A stretch of DNA of 64,000 nucleotides from Octopus vulgaris (GCA_951406725.2 OX597836.1:20956001-21020000); one strand, 5' to 3'; positions 12,207 to 24,269 are shown, counted from the stretch's first letter. Program-made: numbers and translations. Notes: generated by a model from the sequence alone, not told the origin.

Positions 12207-12263
12207 CATTTACTACATAACAAAAGAAGCAAACAGCATGAATGGACTGTGCACTTCTTTCTT

Positions 12264-12310
<47 letters not shown>

Positions 12311-12327
12311 TGGTGGTGGTGGTGGTG

Positions 12328-12369
<42 letters not shown>

Positions 12370-12382
12370 TTTGGTGGTGGTG

Positions 12383-12439
<57 letters not shown>

Positions 12440-12482
12440 TTTGGTGGTGGTGGTGGTGGTGGTGGTGGTGGTGGTGGTGGTG

Positions 12483-12530
<48 letters not shown>
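12264..12530. repeat. (TAG/TGG)n microsatellite
   Basis: Direct read. Confidence 0.98.
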
Positions 12531-12857
12531 AACAATAAGCAACATCAATAATACCCTAGTATTTACAAAGTGAATAGGAAAGAAAGGAGGAAGGGGCAGC
12601 TGGAGATTTTCTTTATCTATGCAAAAATAAATAAAAATAAGAATAAAAAATAATAATAATAATAATAATAATATAAAGAAAAATAAAGAAAAAAATAAAA
12701 CAAGCACATACAATGATTCCTATGAAAGCTCTTGTTATTTTAACAGATTGATTGGACGGTCGAGAAGAAACTAGAGATATATTTAATAGCAGACCAACAA
12801 ACAATTATATACAAGAGATTACGAAATCCAACAATGAGAAATACATACATAAATGCA

Positions 12858-12895
<38 letters not shown>

Positions 12896-13155
12896 CATTG
12901 ATATATAACACATGTGCGTGTGTAGAGGAAATGAGATTTCATTGAAATGAAGGTTTCTTCATAGAAGACATACAAACGAGGTAGAAGAAGAAAACAAGAA
13001 ACATAAATTAGGTACTTAGTTATTATATCTTGAACGAGATGAATTTTTTTTTTCAGCTGTATGTAGTAATTGAAAAATACTTGTAGCTATGAAATACTTG
13101 TAGAAAAAGCACCTTCATTCTATTATCAATGTACTATTGTTGTGCATGTGAACAT

Positions 13156-13207
<52 letters not shown>

Positions 13208-15456
13208 TATATATACACACACACACACATAGTGTGGCAGGTAACTGAGAACAGACTAAAACACAAAGAAAATAAAAATGCATCAAACAGAGAAATAAGA
13301 AAAAATGAAGTATTCCAAAAAAATAGAACACACTTCCAATTGGTTACATCAAACAAACAGGCTATTGAACAACTATCCTCAACCATAACTGCAACCCCGA
13401 CGCAGCCACAGAAGCAAATGCATGATACATGGATCACATCATGTGGCCCTCACCCATGCCACCCATCATACTCATGACACCAGTCTTCAACAAGTCCTTG
13501 GTAGATAGTTCCACTATGACTGATTCTCCAGACAGCAGTCCTGGATTCCAATCAAATACAGATGGTTTCATTATGCTAGGGGACTGGTTCTTCCACAGAT
13601 TGGAAGACATGAACAGCCTTTTCTAAATCATATAGGGCTTGTACCTGATGTCCTTGTGCACCACACATCTAATAGTTAAAGTCTACCACCTCCAGCTGCT
13701 CAGTGATCACCCTTATCAACCCTTTGGGGGTTGTCATTTATGAAGTCTTGGACTAGCTGGATGAACTCCACCATTCTGACAGCATTTGAGTTCACAAACA
13801 GCATGTCATATCCTCACCCCTACCCCAGAGTGTATTTCTGTCAGTATTTATATCAATGTGCCACTCATTTCTATCTTGTACTTATTTTATCATTCTTTAC
13901 TGGTCAAATCACTAAGTTACAGGACATAAAGGAACATAGCATAAACAACAAAAAATTCAAAACCAGTGTAAACAAACTTCTAGTGAATGCACAACCTCAA
14001 AATAGTTGAGACCACGTCTCAATGATGAGCCCTTCTCTTCAGGACCAGAAAAACTACTCCAGCTCCTGACAATTACAAACACCCTACAAAGTTCAAATGA
14101 AGCCTACAGTCAACTAATGTTCTCAGACCTGGGACGAAACTGCTACAGTACACACAGATGTCCTAGACTGCATCCATTTATTACACAGCATTGTCTACCA
14201 AATTTCAGCCACAAAGCATCAGTTACTCAAAACCAGAACTATAGCTGAGAAAGACTTGTGCAACATGCTCTGAAGTGGGATCAATCCCAGAATTCTATGA
14301 TAGCTAAGAAAACGTTATATCCACAAAGCCATTCTTACACTAGTGATAACAACGAACAGTATATCACTTATGGATATTTTTACTTTATGGTTTCATAAAT
14401 CAATCAATCACATCAGACATTATTCATCAATATAAAACAGACCATGCTCTCACTTTCACTCTCTGATTTTGAACTTAGTTATTGTAAATGTATATATATA
14501 GTAACTGAACTGGAAACACATTTCATCACAAACCTAACACCATTACCACTACCACGAAATTTTTCAATTTGAAAATTCAAATTCAGGAAACTGAAATGGT
14601 TGTCTAAAAGTGAAGTTCAACAATTAAGTTGTGTTGGTAAGTAATCATGCAAATAAAAACAAACTTGAATGGAAATTCAATATAAAAAGAGAAAAAAAAA
14701 AACATTAATTAAATTTTTTTTCTTTATTCAAATTCATCTTTCAGATGGTTTTTGCTTCTTGTATTTTTTAAATTTTTTCTTTCCAATTTGACCTGATCTG
14801 ATTTAATTTAAGATTCAATTTCAATTTTATTTAAGAGAGAAAAAAAAACTCATTCAATCTCTGCTATCATTAATTCTTATTTATAAATTCATAAAAAAAG
14901 CAGCAGTTTTATACATTTAAAAATAGAAGCCAAAATAACTAGAGTGATAATGAAAGACAAAAAAATAGACAAACTTGAACCAAAATTCTCAGTCCAGGAT
15001 CAAAATCAATGTTCAGCTTCATCACCTTTGCAGTATCAAACTTTATTTTACTACTTAGTTAAAACACCTTCAAAGCTTAGAACCAATGATGAAGCCCCTA
15101 TATAGTTATTTGGCATGCTAGAAAGAGTAGTCAAATAACACTACCATCTTTAAACAAAAAAGTAAAACATTATTTAATATAATTTCAGATAATTTTGAAT
15201 ATAATTGGATTATCGTCAGTGAAATATTACACAATCTAAATTAACCTGGGATTAAACAGCTAAGTTTAAAACTGAGCCTCTATGTGATTACTTAAAAACC
15301 TGCTGTTGCAAGCATTTGGACCAAATCTCTGACTGCCTTCTCCCTTTATTTGCCAGTCTTTAAGGCCTCTCTAATCCTGCTAGAAAGCTCATGTATGCTT
15401 CTAATTCCTCATCTGACTAATTGTTAACCAAGTGATTTGACAAAAAGCTTAACACA

Positions 15457-15703
15457 TAGAGACAGCAAGACAGATTGAGAGATATACACACACTTATGGA
15501 CAGACATAAAGGCCTCTATTAAATAAAAAATATTTCCACTAGATCAGCACAAATTCAGAGGATGAATATATTACAACAGTCCATTTACATCACCTCATAC
15601 ATATTACTCAAATAACATACATCAAGACACACACAAACTTGTATGTACACACACATACTTATAACACACATTCTCTCACACAGGGCTAACCACTCAAATT
15701 CCC
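15457..15703 (+). repeat. Local duplication copy B (partner 9361-10005)
   Basis: Colinear with copy A and lacks the SINE. Confidence 0.9.
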
Positions 15704-15778
15704 ATTAAAAAACATACACACACACACTAACATATGAAACTGAAGCATTTAAGATGAATGATTTTTAACCATCTAAAC

Positions 15779-16842
15779 CAAGGGTTGGTGGACTTATATC
15801 ACTGAGCCCTTTGTGGAATCATTGATAACTTATCAACTCCTAGCAGGTAAATTTCTAAAATAAAATTAAAATGTATAATTAATAAAAAAAATAATAAAAG
15901 AATTTCTTGATTTAAAAGTAGTAACTCTTTCATTCTTTTGTGTCATTACTGCTTTATAACAGGAACTATTTACAGAGGAGGCGCAATGGCCCAGTGGTTA
16001 GGGTAGCGGACTCGCGGTCATAGGATCGCGGTTTCGATTCCCAGACCGGGCGTTGTGAGTGTTTATTGAGCGAAAACACCTAAAAGCTCCACGAGGCTCC
16101 GGCAGGGGATGGTGGTGATCCCTGCTGTACTCTTTCACCACAACTTTCTCTCACTCTTACTTCCTGTTTCTGTTGTACCTGTATTTCAAGGGGCCGGCCT
16201 TGTCACTTTCTGTGTCACGCTGAATATCCCCGAGAACTACGTTAAGAGTGCTCAGCCACTTACACGTTAATTTCACGAGCAGGCTGTTCCGTTGATTCGG
16301 ATCAACCGGAACCCTCATCGTCGTAACCGACTGAGTGCTTCCATGTATCCCATTTACAGAAGAGAAATTGATTTCTTACTGCTATATGCACAGGGTCTGA
16401 AATATTGGGAGATGGGGGATAGTTGATTTACAATGACCCCCACTCCTCTACTGGTACTTATCTAATTGGGCCTGAAAGGATGAAAGGCAAAGTTGACCTT
16501 CAACAGCATTTGAACTCAGAACATAAAACTGGAAAAAATATAGCAAAGTATCTTTGTTCAGCTGGAAAATATCTCATGAACTTGAGAAAAAAACAATGAA
16601 AATTCAGAGCTGTTGTATTGACATTGTTGGAATATTTAATGTGAAATATTTGGTGAATACTAGATATTGTTGCATTGATATTTGGCTGGAAATTCGTGAG
16701 TTTTAGCCTTAAATTACCCATCCCCATCCAAATACAGTTTGCAAATAATTCAGCACCCTTAAAGCTCAAAATTGTTTCAGATGTTTATTGAGCCCTTGGA
16801 TAACCATATAAAGCCCAATACCAACTGCTTTGTTGACCCTTG
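15779..16842. mobile_element. hAT-type MITE with nested SINEs
   Basis: 8-bp TSD atctaaac at 15771-78 and 16843-50; ends caagggt.../...acccttg. Confidence 0.75.
15977..16343 (+). mobile_element. tRNA-Arg-derived SINE family B (OR-type), young
   Basis: Head ggaggcgcaatggcccagtggttaggg...ggacTCGcgg...ggtttcgattccc (A box, TCG anticodon position, B box); TSD atttacaga. Confidence 0.95.
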
Positions 16843-17189
16843 ATCTAAACACACACAAAACCTGTTGAAATACATTTTTATTTATTTCTTGAGATGCTGA
16901 AATTTTCATTACACACCTGTAACCTGGTCAGGCACAGTTCCATTGCAATTCAGTTTTATTTCAATTTTCTTCCTATCATCATCTTTGTCATTATTTAACA
17001 TCCACTTTGCCAATCTTGCATGGGTCAGACTGAGTTTGTTGAGGTAAATTTTCAACAGCTGTATGCCCTTCTTGTTACCAAACCTCACCTGTTTCCAGGC
17101 AAGGTAATATTCCCCATGGCCAGACATATTTTTCATGGAAGACTGGAAATGAACAACATTATTTGCATGATGGTGATGCTTTATCATTC

Positions 17190-17515
17190 TAACTTGTTTC
17201 AGTCATTAGACAGCAGCCAAGCTGTGGCACTGCCTTCAATTTTTAATTGAATGAAACAACCTCAGTACTTAATCACTTTATTTTTTAAGCCTGGTACTTA
17301 TCAGTCTCTTTGCTGAACTGCTAGGTTACGGGGAGATAAACACAGATGCAAAGACACACACACAACAAGCTTCTTTCAGTTTCTTTCAACCAAATCCATT
17401 CACAAAGCCTTGGTCAGCCTGAGGCTAAAGGAGAAGGCATATGTCCAAAATGCCATGCAGTGGGGCTGAACCCAGAATCATGTGGTTGGAAAACAAGCTC
17501 CTTACCACACAGCCA
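17190..17515 (-). mobile_element. SINE family A, old copy
   Basis: Colinear blocks, CpG-decayed. Confidence 0.8.
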
Positions 17516-18069
17516 CGTGATATCAAGACAAATTATTGGGACTGTGTTTCTGCAACCAAATAGTAAGGCAATTGAGCATCTTCTCTCTCTCTTCTTCTCA
17601 CTGTTGACCTCCAGGTGTGGTGTCTTTTCTACCACTACTTCATTACTATAATTAACAACCTATGTTCCTTGGGGCTGCTTGACTGGTTTCATTTCACCTC
17701 CACCCGAGTACTCCCAATTTCCTCATCGCTTCTCCTTCCCTCACCCATGTTGTTGAAATGTGTCACAGTAACCATTGAACCTAGCCCTTTCTTCCCAGAA
17801 TGTTATCTGCCTGGGTGTCAATCTGCAACTCTTCAAGTGAGACGTTAACAGCATCATTTACACCAGCCTCAGACAGTATGTTTTGTTCACAAGCACTGCC
17901 CCTTCCTCCAGACACAGTAAGTAAGATATTTCAAAAAATCCACCACTGAATAGGATGACCAAGTTGAAAGAAATCAATGTTTCATACTGATTACTTTGTG
18001 AGTACAGATGTAGCTATGAGGTTTGCTTTGCAACCACCATGTGTGAAGTTCATCTCACTGCAGAGAACA

Positions 18070-18412
18070 TTCATCTTTTACTTATTTCATTCACAGAACT
18101 GCAATCAAGCTGGGACACCGTCTTCAAGGGTTTGGTCAAACAGATCAACTCCACGACTTAGTTTTTAAAGTCTGGTATTCATTCAATCAGTCTCTTTTGC
18201 TGAACCGCTAAGTTACAGGGACATAACAAACCAACATCAGTTGTCAGGTAAGGGTGGAGCAACTACAAAGACACGGGTTTCTTTCAGTTTACGTGTACCA
18301 TGTCTGCTCACAAAGCAATAGCAGAAGACACTTGCTCAAGGTACCATGCAGTGGGACTGAACCCAGAACGATGTGGTTAGGAAGCAAAATTCTAACCACA
18401 CGACCATGCCTA
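18070..18412 (-). mobile_element. SINE family A, old copy
   Basis: Colinear blocks. Confidence 0.8.
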
Positions 18413-18687
18413 GGAGTTTTCAGGTATTTTTAAACATAGTTATGAGTGTGTTATTTGAAAGAAAGTGATGTACATAGGCAGTGTGTGTGTGTGTGTGCGG
18501 GCAGTTCATGTAAGTGTAGATATTTTTGTGAAAACATCAGTGAGAAAAGAGAAAAACCAGTGTTATCAAATAAAAATAACCACGGTGTTGTAGATGCACT
18601 AGAGTATTCGCCCGTTGGAAACTAGTAACCAATGACGTTACGGCTAACGTAAAAAAATTAACGCTATAAAATACCTTCTGCTATAAG

Positions 18688-18872
18688 CACAAGGGCTGAA
18701 ATTTTGGGGGAGTGGCTAATCAATTACATCAATCACAATGCTTATATTACCGACCTCGAAAGAATGAAAGGCATTGTCGAGCCAGAGTAATTTGAACTCC
18801 GAATATAAAACCGTAAGAAATGCAGCTAAGTCCGGTGTGGTAAAAAAATAAATTTATCAACTCCTAATATAT
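18688..18872 (+). repeat. Local duplication (partner 25387-25572) of an old family-C-related SINE plus flank
   Basis: Both copies share the same internal deletion and the flank ctaagtccggtgtggtaaaaaaataaatt. Confidence 0.85.
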
Positions 18873-19034
18873 ATATATATATATACAAAAAGCAATAAAG
18901 ATTCAAGTTAATTTAAATGAATTTACTTGAATATGGTACCTAACTTAGATGCACCAAAAAAAACTATACTGATTTAACAATACAGTAATGTGGGGTGATT
19001 ATAAGCGAGAATGAAGCAACAAGAATGGATAGGT

Positions 19035-19125
19035 TTTTAGTACAATCGTTTCATACAAGGACAGGTTTTATTAAAAGTTGCAAAAATTACAGCATATAAA
19101 CGTGTCCCGTACTCATCAGCTAAAA
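19035..19125 (-). ncRNA. Minimal type I hammerhead ribozyme (Penelope-type)
   Basis: Minus strand: ttttag-CTGATGA-gtacgggaca...tgtccttgtat-GAAAC-gatt-GTA-ctaaaa; stems I, II and the 2-bp stem III all pair. Confidence 0.8.
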
Positions 19126-19593
19126 TACATGTGAGTTCTCTAGACATCCTAGTGGTTGAGGCTATACTCATGAAGTAATGTAGATAATTAAGTAACATAA
19201 ACAGATTTCAAAAGTTCATTAAAGTTCTTTAAAGATGATGTACAGTCTTATCACAGAATTTTAAAAAAAGTCTTAATAGCATCACAGAGAAGGTGACCCA
19301 ATCCATAGTGCACATATGAATTTCCAGAGATATGATGAGGGATTACATACTCACAGAAGACAAATTTATCCATTGTTAATTACAACGAGGTGGGTTTCAA
19401 TTCCTGCTTATTAGCATTACAGAGAGGGTGAATTCCTGCTTATTAGCATTACAGAGAGGGTGAATTAATCCTTTGTATAGATGCACAATTTCCAATGGAA
19501 CAATTTAGATTGAAATGAATATGGTACTTAATTTAGATGCACCAGAATTTTGTATGGTGTTACCCATAAAAATTTGCGAGGTGATTATAATCA

Positions 19594-19641
19594 AAAATAA
19601 GCAACAAGAATGATTCCGGAATCATTCTTGTTGCTTATTTT
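19594..19641. repeat. Perfect 48-bp palindrome, no spacer
   Basis: aaaataagcaacaagaatgattcc|ggaatcattcttgttgcttatttt. Confidence 0.97.
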
Positions 19642-20619
19642 ATGTATATATATATATATATATTATGTCTATGACAGAAACATAATATTAATTAGATATA
19701 AACTAAGTTATTTATCAGGGGCAGAAAGTGTACATCGTCCAAAGGACGATGTATATACATGTGTACCTACAACCAGACAAATTATTTTAAATAGATGAAT
19801 AGTGGGGAAACTGCAGTTACTTCCCCTGACCATATTCATTTTATTTGAAGATTAAGTATCGAAAAATCCTTCCAAGAAAATTTTGATTTATAAACAGTTT
19901 ACGACGACGACCATCATCAGCAGCAGCAGCAGAAACAGCAATAATAATAATAATAATAATAATAGTAATAATAATAATAATAATAATTGCACTCTCAGTA
20001 CACCTGTAAATAGTCAACATCCAAGTAAATCACTTACCAAGTTATTTGGTAATGGAGTTAACAGAAGAGTAATTTCCCTTACACTGATGGTCTCTGCTAA
20101 AGGCACAAGGCAAGCGATCGGCGATCTAGTAGAATCGTTTGCAGGTCTAAGTTCCAAATTGAAATACCGCCCAGGTCGACTTTTATCTTCCATCTTTTAG
20201 GGGTGAATAAAATAAAGAACCTGCTAGGTGCAGTGATCAATGCAATCGACGAATTGAAATTGCTGGCCCTGTGCCAAAATTTGAAATTACTATTCCCATT
20301 AGAAATATTTATTGCACACCTTTCGTTGTCTGAATGACATGTTTGCGGTGTGATGGGTATTTTTAAGGTAGGAAAGGGAATCGATCGAAATCGAAATACT
20401 TTTTCATAGTACAATGTTGATATTTCATAGAATTTCAACCCTGGAAAGATAAGAGGCAATATGATACTGAAAGAAACTAGAAACTACACCAGCTGCTCCT
20501 AACAATTTTGTTAGCTCAATACTTCCTTCCTTTCACTGAATCTTGTCTTATAAAAGGTCCCTCCCTCTCATCATGTTTTGGAGGGAAAGAGAATAAATAA
20601 GATAAAGAACCAAACAGGT

Positions 20620-20905
20620 TAATAGTAATAATTGTGTACAGTGCTCAGGTGCACTACAACTCATCTAAAGTGTAAATATAATCAGGTGTAGTTTCGGCGG
20701 ATTTCGGAAAGCATGAGGGCCTTAAAGGATGCAGTGTCATGGCAGTCAACAACTGACGCAGGCAGTTTATTCCATGCTTCAGCAACTCTGAGCATGAAAA
20801 AAGGTTTCCGAAAGTCATGGGAGCTGTGTTGTTTTCTGACTTTGTAGGCATGTCCACGTGTGTTAGACACATGGAGATCAAAAAGGTGTTCAGTGTTGTT
20901 TTTAA
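20620..20905 (-). mobile_element. CR1-like LINE 3' end
   Basis: SNTRGHAYKVRKQHSSHDFRKPFFMLRVAEAWNKLPASVV; same family as 5050-5447. Confidence 0.85.
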
Positions 20906-21311
20906 TATCAGTTTAGAATTCATATTTTCTTATATTATCCCATCCAGCATGTGCCTCCTTTTAGATATTTATTTGGACTTGGGCCCCTGTATTGAATGCT
21001 TTTGGAAAAAAATTAATGGTGGCAAAGATTTACATAATTATATTGGACCTTGGTACATTGTCAGTCATGCTTTTGCATACTGTGAACACATTGCCCTATT
21101 CAATTTCTAAACTTCCAAGAAAAATCATGACTCCTCTAAAACTCCCCAAACCCTTCTTAGCACTTTCTTGTCATCTGCTGCTCTCTTTTGAGTTCATAGT
21201 GCCAACAAAGGCATGTCACCACCCAGATTATTTACAACTACTTTAGACATGAGTAAATAATGCAAGGCACATTTTTAAAACTTAGTACTTACATTTTTGC
21301 CAAACTTATAA

Positions 21312-21800
21312 TCTTTTACTCTTTTACTTGTTTCAGTCATTTGTCTGTGGCCATGCTGGAGCACCACCTTTAGTCGACTGAGCAAATCGACCCCAGGACT
21401 TATTCTTTGTAAGCCTAGTACTTATTCTATTGGTCTCTTTTGCCGAACTGCTAAGTTATGGGGACGCAAACACACCAGCATCGGTTGTCAAGCGATGCTG
21501 GGGGGATAAACACAGACACACAAACATATACACACACAAACACACACACATATATATATATACATTTTTTTTTTCTAGTTTCAGCTCAAAGCTGCGGCCA
21601 TGCTGATGCACCGCCGTTTACATATATATATATATATGACAGGCTTCGTTCAGTTTCCATCTACCAAATCCACTCACAAGGCTTTGGTCAGCCTGAGGCT
21701 ATAGTAGAAGACACTTGCCAAAGGTGCCACACAGTGGGACTGAACCCAGAACCATGTGGTTCGTAAGCATGCTACTTACAACACAGCCACTCCTACACCT
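21312..21800 (-). mobile_element. SINE family A with a small internal insertion
   Basis: Colinear with young copies; extra block at about 21560-21620. Confidence 0.9.
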
Positions 21801-22856
21801 TAATGCCTTAATAAGGATATATAACCTTGTTTTCCTATCCACAGTGTTTACATTTGGTTATTATATTCAGTGCTGCCTAAAAATCTATAAATATATTCTG
21901 TGGAACAATGCAGTATTGAAACAATACACTTAACTCACCAGAAATTTATTGAATCATCTTTATCATCATCATCATCATTATCAACATTTAACATCCGTTT
22001 TCCATGCTGGTATGGGTTGGAAGGCTTGACAGGAACTGGTATGTCTACTTTGGCTTGGTTTCTACGGCTGAATGCCCTTTCTAATGCAAACCACTTCATA
22101 TACGCATGCTTACACAGACATACATTACACACATGCACACAGAAGAAAAGGAGACAAACAGTTTATTTAGGTTAGCCAGTGACTTTTTTGTAGGAGTTCC
22201 TGCAACATGTACACAGGTCCTAGGACAGGGGAAGAATAGATGCCTTTGATTATATATGGGCACACACACACACAGACTTGTGTGTCTAAATTTATAGGAA
22301 AAATATAGTCATGAGCTTAAGGAATTCACTTCACAACCCCAAGGTTCTAGCTTCGATCCCACTGTACAGTGGGCCAATGCCTTGTGAGTGGAATTTGGTA
22401 GATAGGAATTGTGTGAAAGACCAGAGAGAGGGGCAGACAGAGAGACAGAGAGAGAGACAGAGTGTGTGTGTGTGTGTTCATGCATCTGCTTCTACTGGTG
22501 TGTTATATTGCATCCTTTTGTCAAATGATAGCTTTACCATCCAATGGAGTTCAAAAAAATAAGTATCATCCTAGGGATGACATGATTCACTAAGAAACTT
22601 TTGAAAACAGTCAAATGAATAGAACCAGTAAAAAGAAAAAGAAAAATTCAAATGGACAGAAAGACTTAAACAGACAGGCAGAGAGAGGGGAGGAGATGAG
22701 GGAGCGAGGGGGAGAGAAAGAGACAGGTTGGTAGGTAGGTAGATAGATAGATAGGCAGGCAGATATGTCCATAGATAGACAGACAGACAGATTAACAGAT
22801 AGAGAGCCAGACATAAACCCAGGTGGACAAACAGACAGGTATGCAGGCAGATTCAA

Positions 22857-23454
22857 GGCGGCGAGCTGGCAGAAACGTTAGCGCGCCGGGCGAAATGCTT
22901 AGCGGTATTTCGTCTGTCGTTACGTTGTGAGTTCAAATTCCGCCGAGGTCGACTTCACCTTTCATCCTTTCGGGGTCGATAAATTAAGTACCAGTTACGC
23001 ATTGGGGTCGATGTAATCGACTAAATCCCTTTGTCTGTACTTGTTTCTCTACTCTGTGTTTAGCCCCTTGTGGGTAGTAAAGAAATGGGTATTTTGTCTG
23101 CCGTTACGTTGTGAGTTCAAATTCCACCGAGGTCGACTTTGCCTTTCATCCTTTCGGGGTCGATAAATTAAGTACCAGTTACGCACTGGGGTCGATGTAA
23201 TCGACTTAATCCATTTGTCTGTCCTTGTTTGTCCCCTCTGTGTTTAGCCCCTTGTGGGTAATAAAGAAATAGGTATTTCGTCTGTCGTTACATTGTGAGT
23301 TCAAATTCCGCCGAGGTCGACTTTGCCTTTCATCCTTTCGGGGTCGATAAATTAAGTACCAGTTACGCACTGGGGTCGATGTAATTGACTTAATACCTAT
23401 GTCTGTCCTTGTTTGTCCCCTCTATGTTTAGCCCCTTGTGGGTAATAAAGAAAT
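22857..23454 (+). mobile_element. SINE family C (Meta-domain-like), one head plus three tandem bodies
   Basis: Head ggcggcgagctggcagaa, three roughly 185-bp bodies each with gagttcaaattcc, single 16-bp TSD aggtatgcaggcagat (22837-52 and 23455-70). Confidence 0.95.
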
Positions 23455-24269
23455 AGGTATGCAGGCAGATGGACAGGAAGCAGACAAACCTGCAGACAGT
23501 CAGAAAAATGGACAGACAAAATATAAATGTTAAATTGAGGTTATTATTTCAAAGCAAGTTTAGTAACAACAGAACATTTCTTGATGGTAAGAGTAGAGAT
23601 TCAATACCAAGTGTGGAATCAAATTGATTGTAGACATTTTTGTTGACTAAGACTTTCAAGTTTCGCCTAATGGCCAATTCAACCAGATAGACACACAGCT
23701 AAACAGACAGAGGCAGGCATACATACAGACAGACAGAATCAATAAGCAACAGCCTAAAAGTCCAGCAGTGAAGCAGAACTAAGGCAGAATATTAATATAA
23801 TAAAGGTGTGTTGAAGACAACAATGGATTTGTGGTAGAACTAAAACACTTCCTTCATGACTCAGAACGTTTATACTTTTAGTGCTTTCTGTTTTCTGACA
23901 GTGGTGGTCGTGCTTGGACACAGCTAAAAATGGATCCATTTTACATTGATTATATTGATTTGACGATTGTTCTGGGAGATTTTTTTTGTTTAATTTTGTT
24001 AAGTGCTTGTTTCTGTATGTTTCTCATTGATACTGCTTGAGTAACTGTGCATCCGTTTGTGTCTCCAGCAAACAACACAGCCTGTAACTTGGTGGCCGTT
24101 TTTTTGTTTCATACAAAGACAAGCATACTGGAAATATACTTCCACTCGATGATAACCAAATAGGAGTTGGCAACAAGGGCATCCAGCCATAGAATTACTG
24201 TCTCTATCAGTCTCATCCAATCCATGTCGATCATGGGAAAATGCAAACAAAATAATGCAATGATAGCTA

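Larger units (their letters stand above)
18900..19641 (-). mobile_element. Penelope-like element remnant (pseudo-LTR arrangement)
   Basis: Direct repeats at about 18929-19027 and 19518-19612, internal hammerhead, terminal palindrome, flanked by (TA)n. Confidence 0.7.

Noticed and set aside
14003-14048. Hammerhead-like CTGAAGA...GAGAC-gtg-GTC on minus
   Set aside because: GAAA box is mutated and stems I and II do not pair.
15977-16050. tRNA-Arg(TCG) gene
   Set aside because: No closed acceptor stem; it continues into a SINE body with TSD, in four copies.
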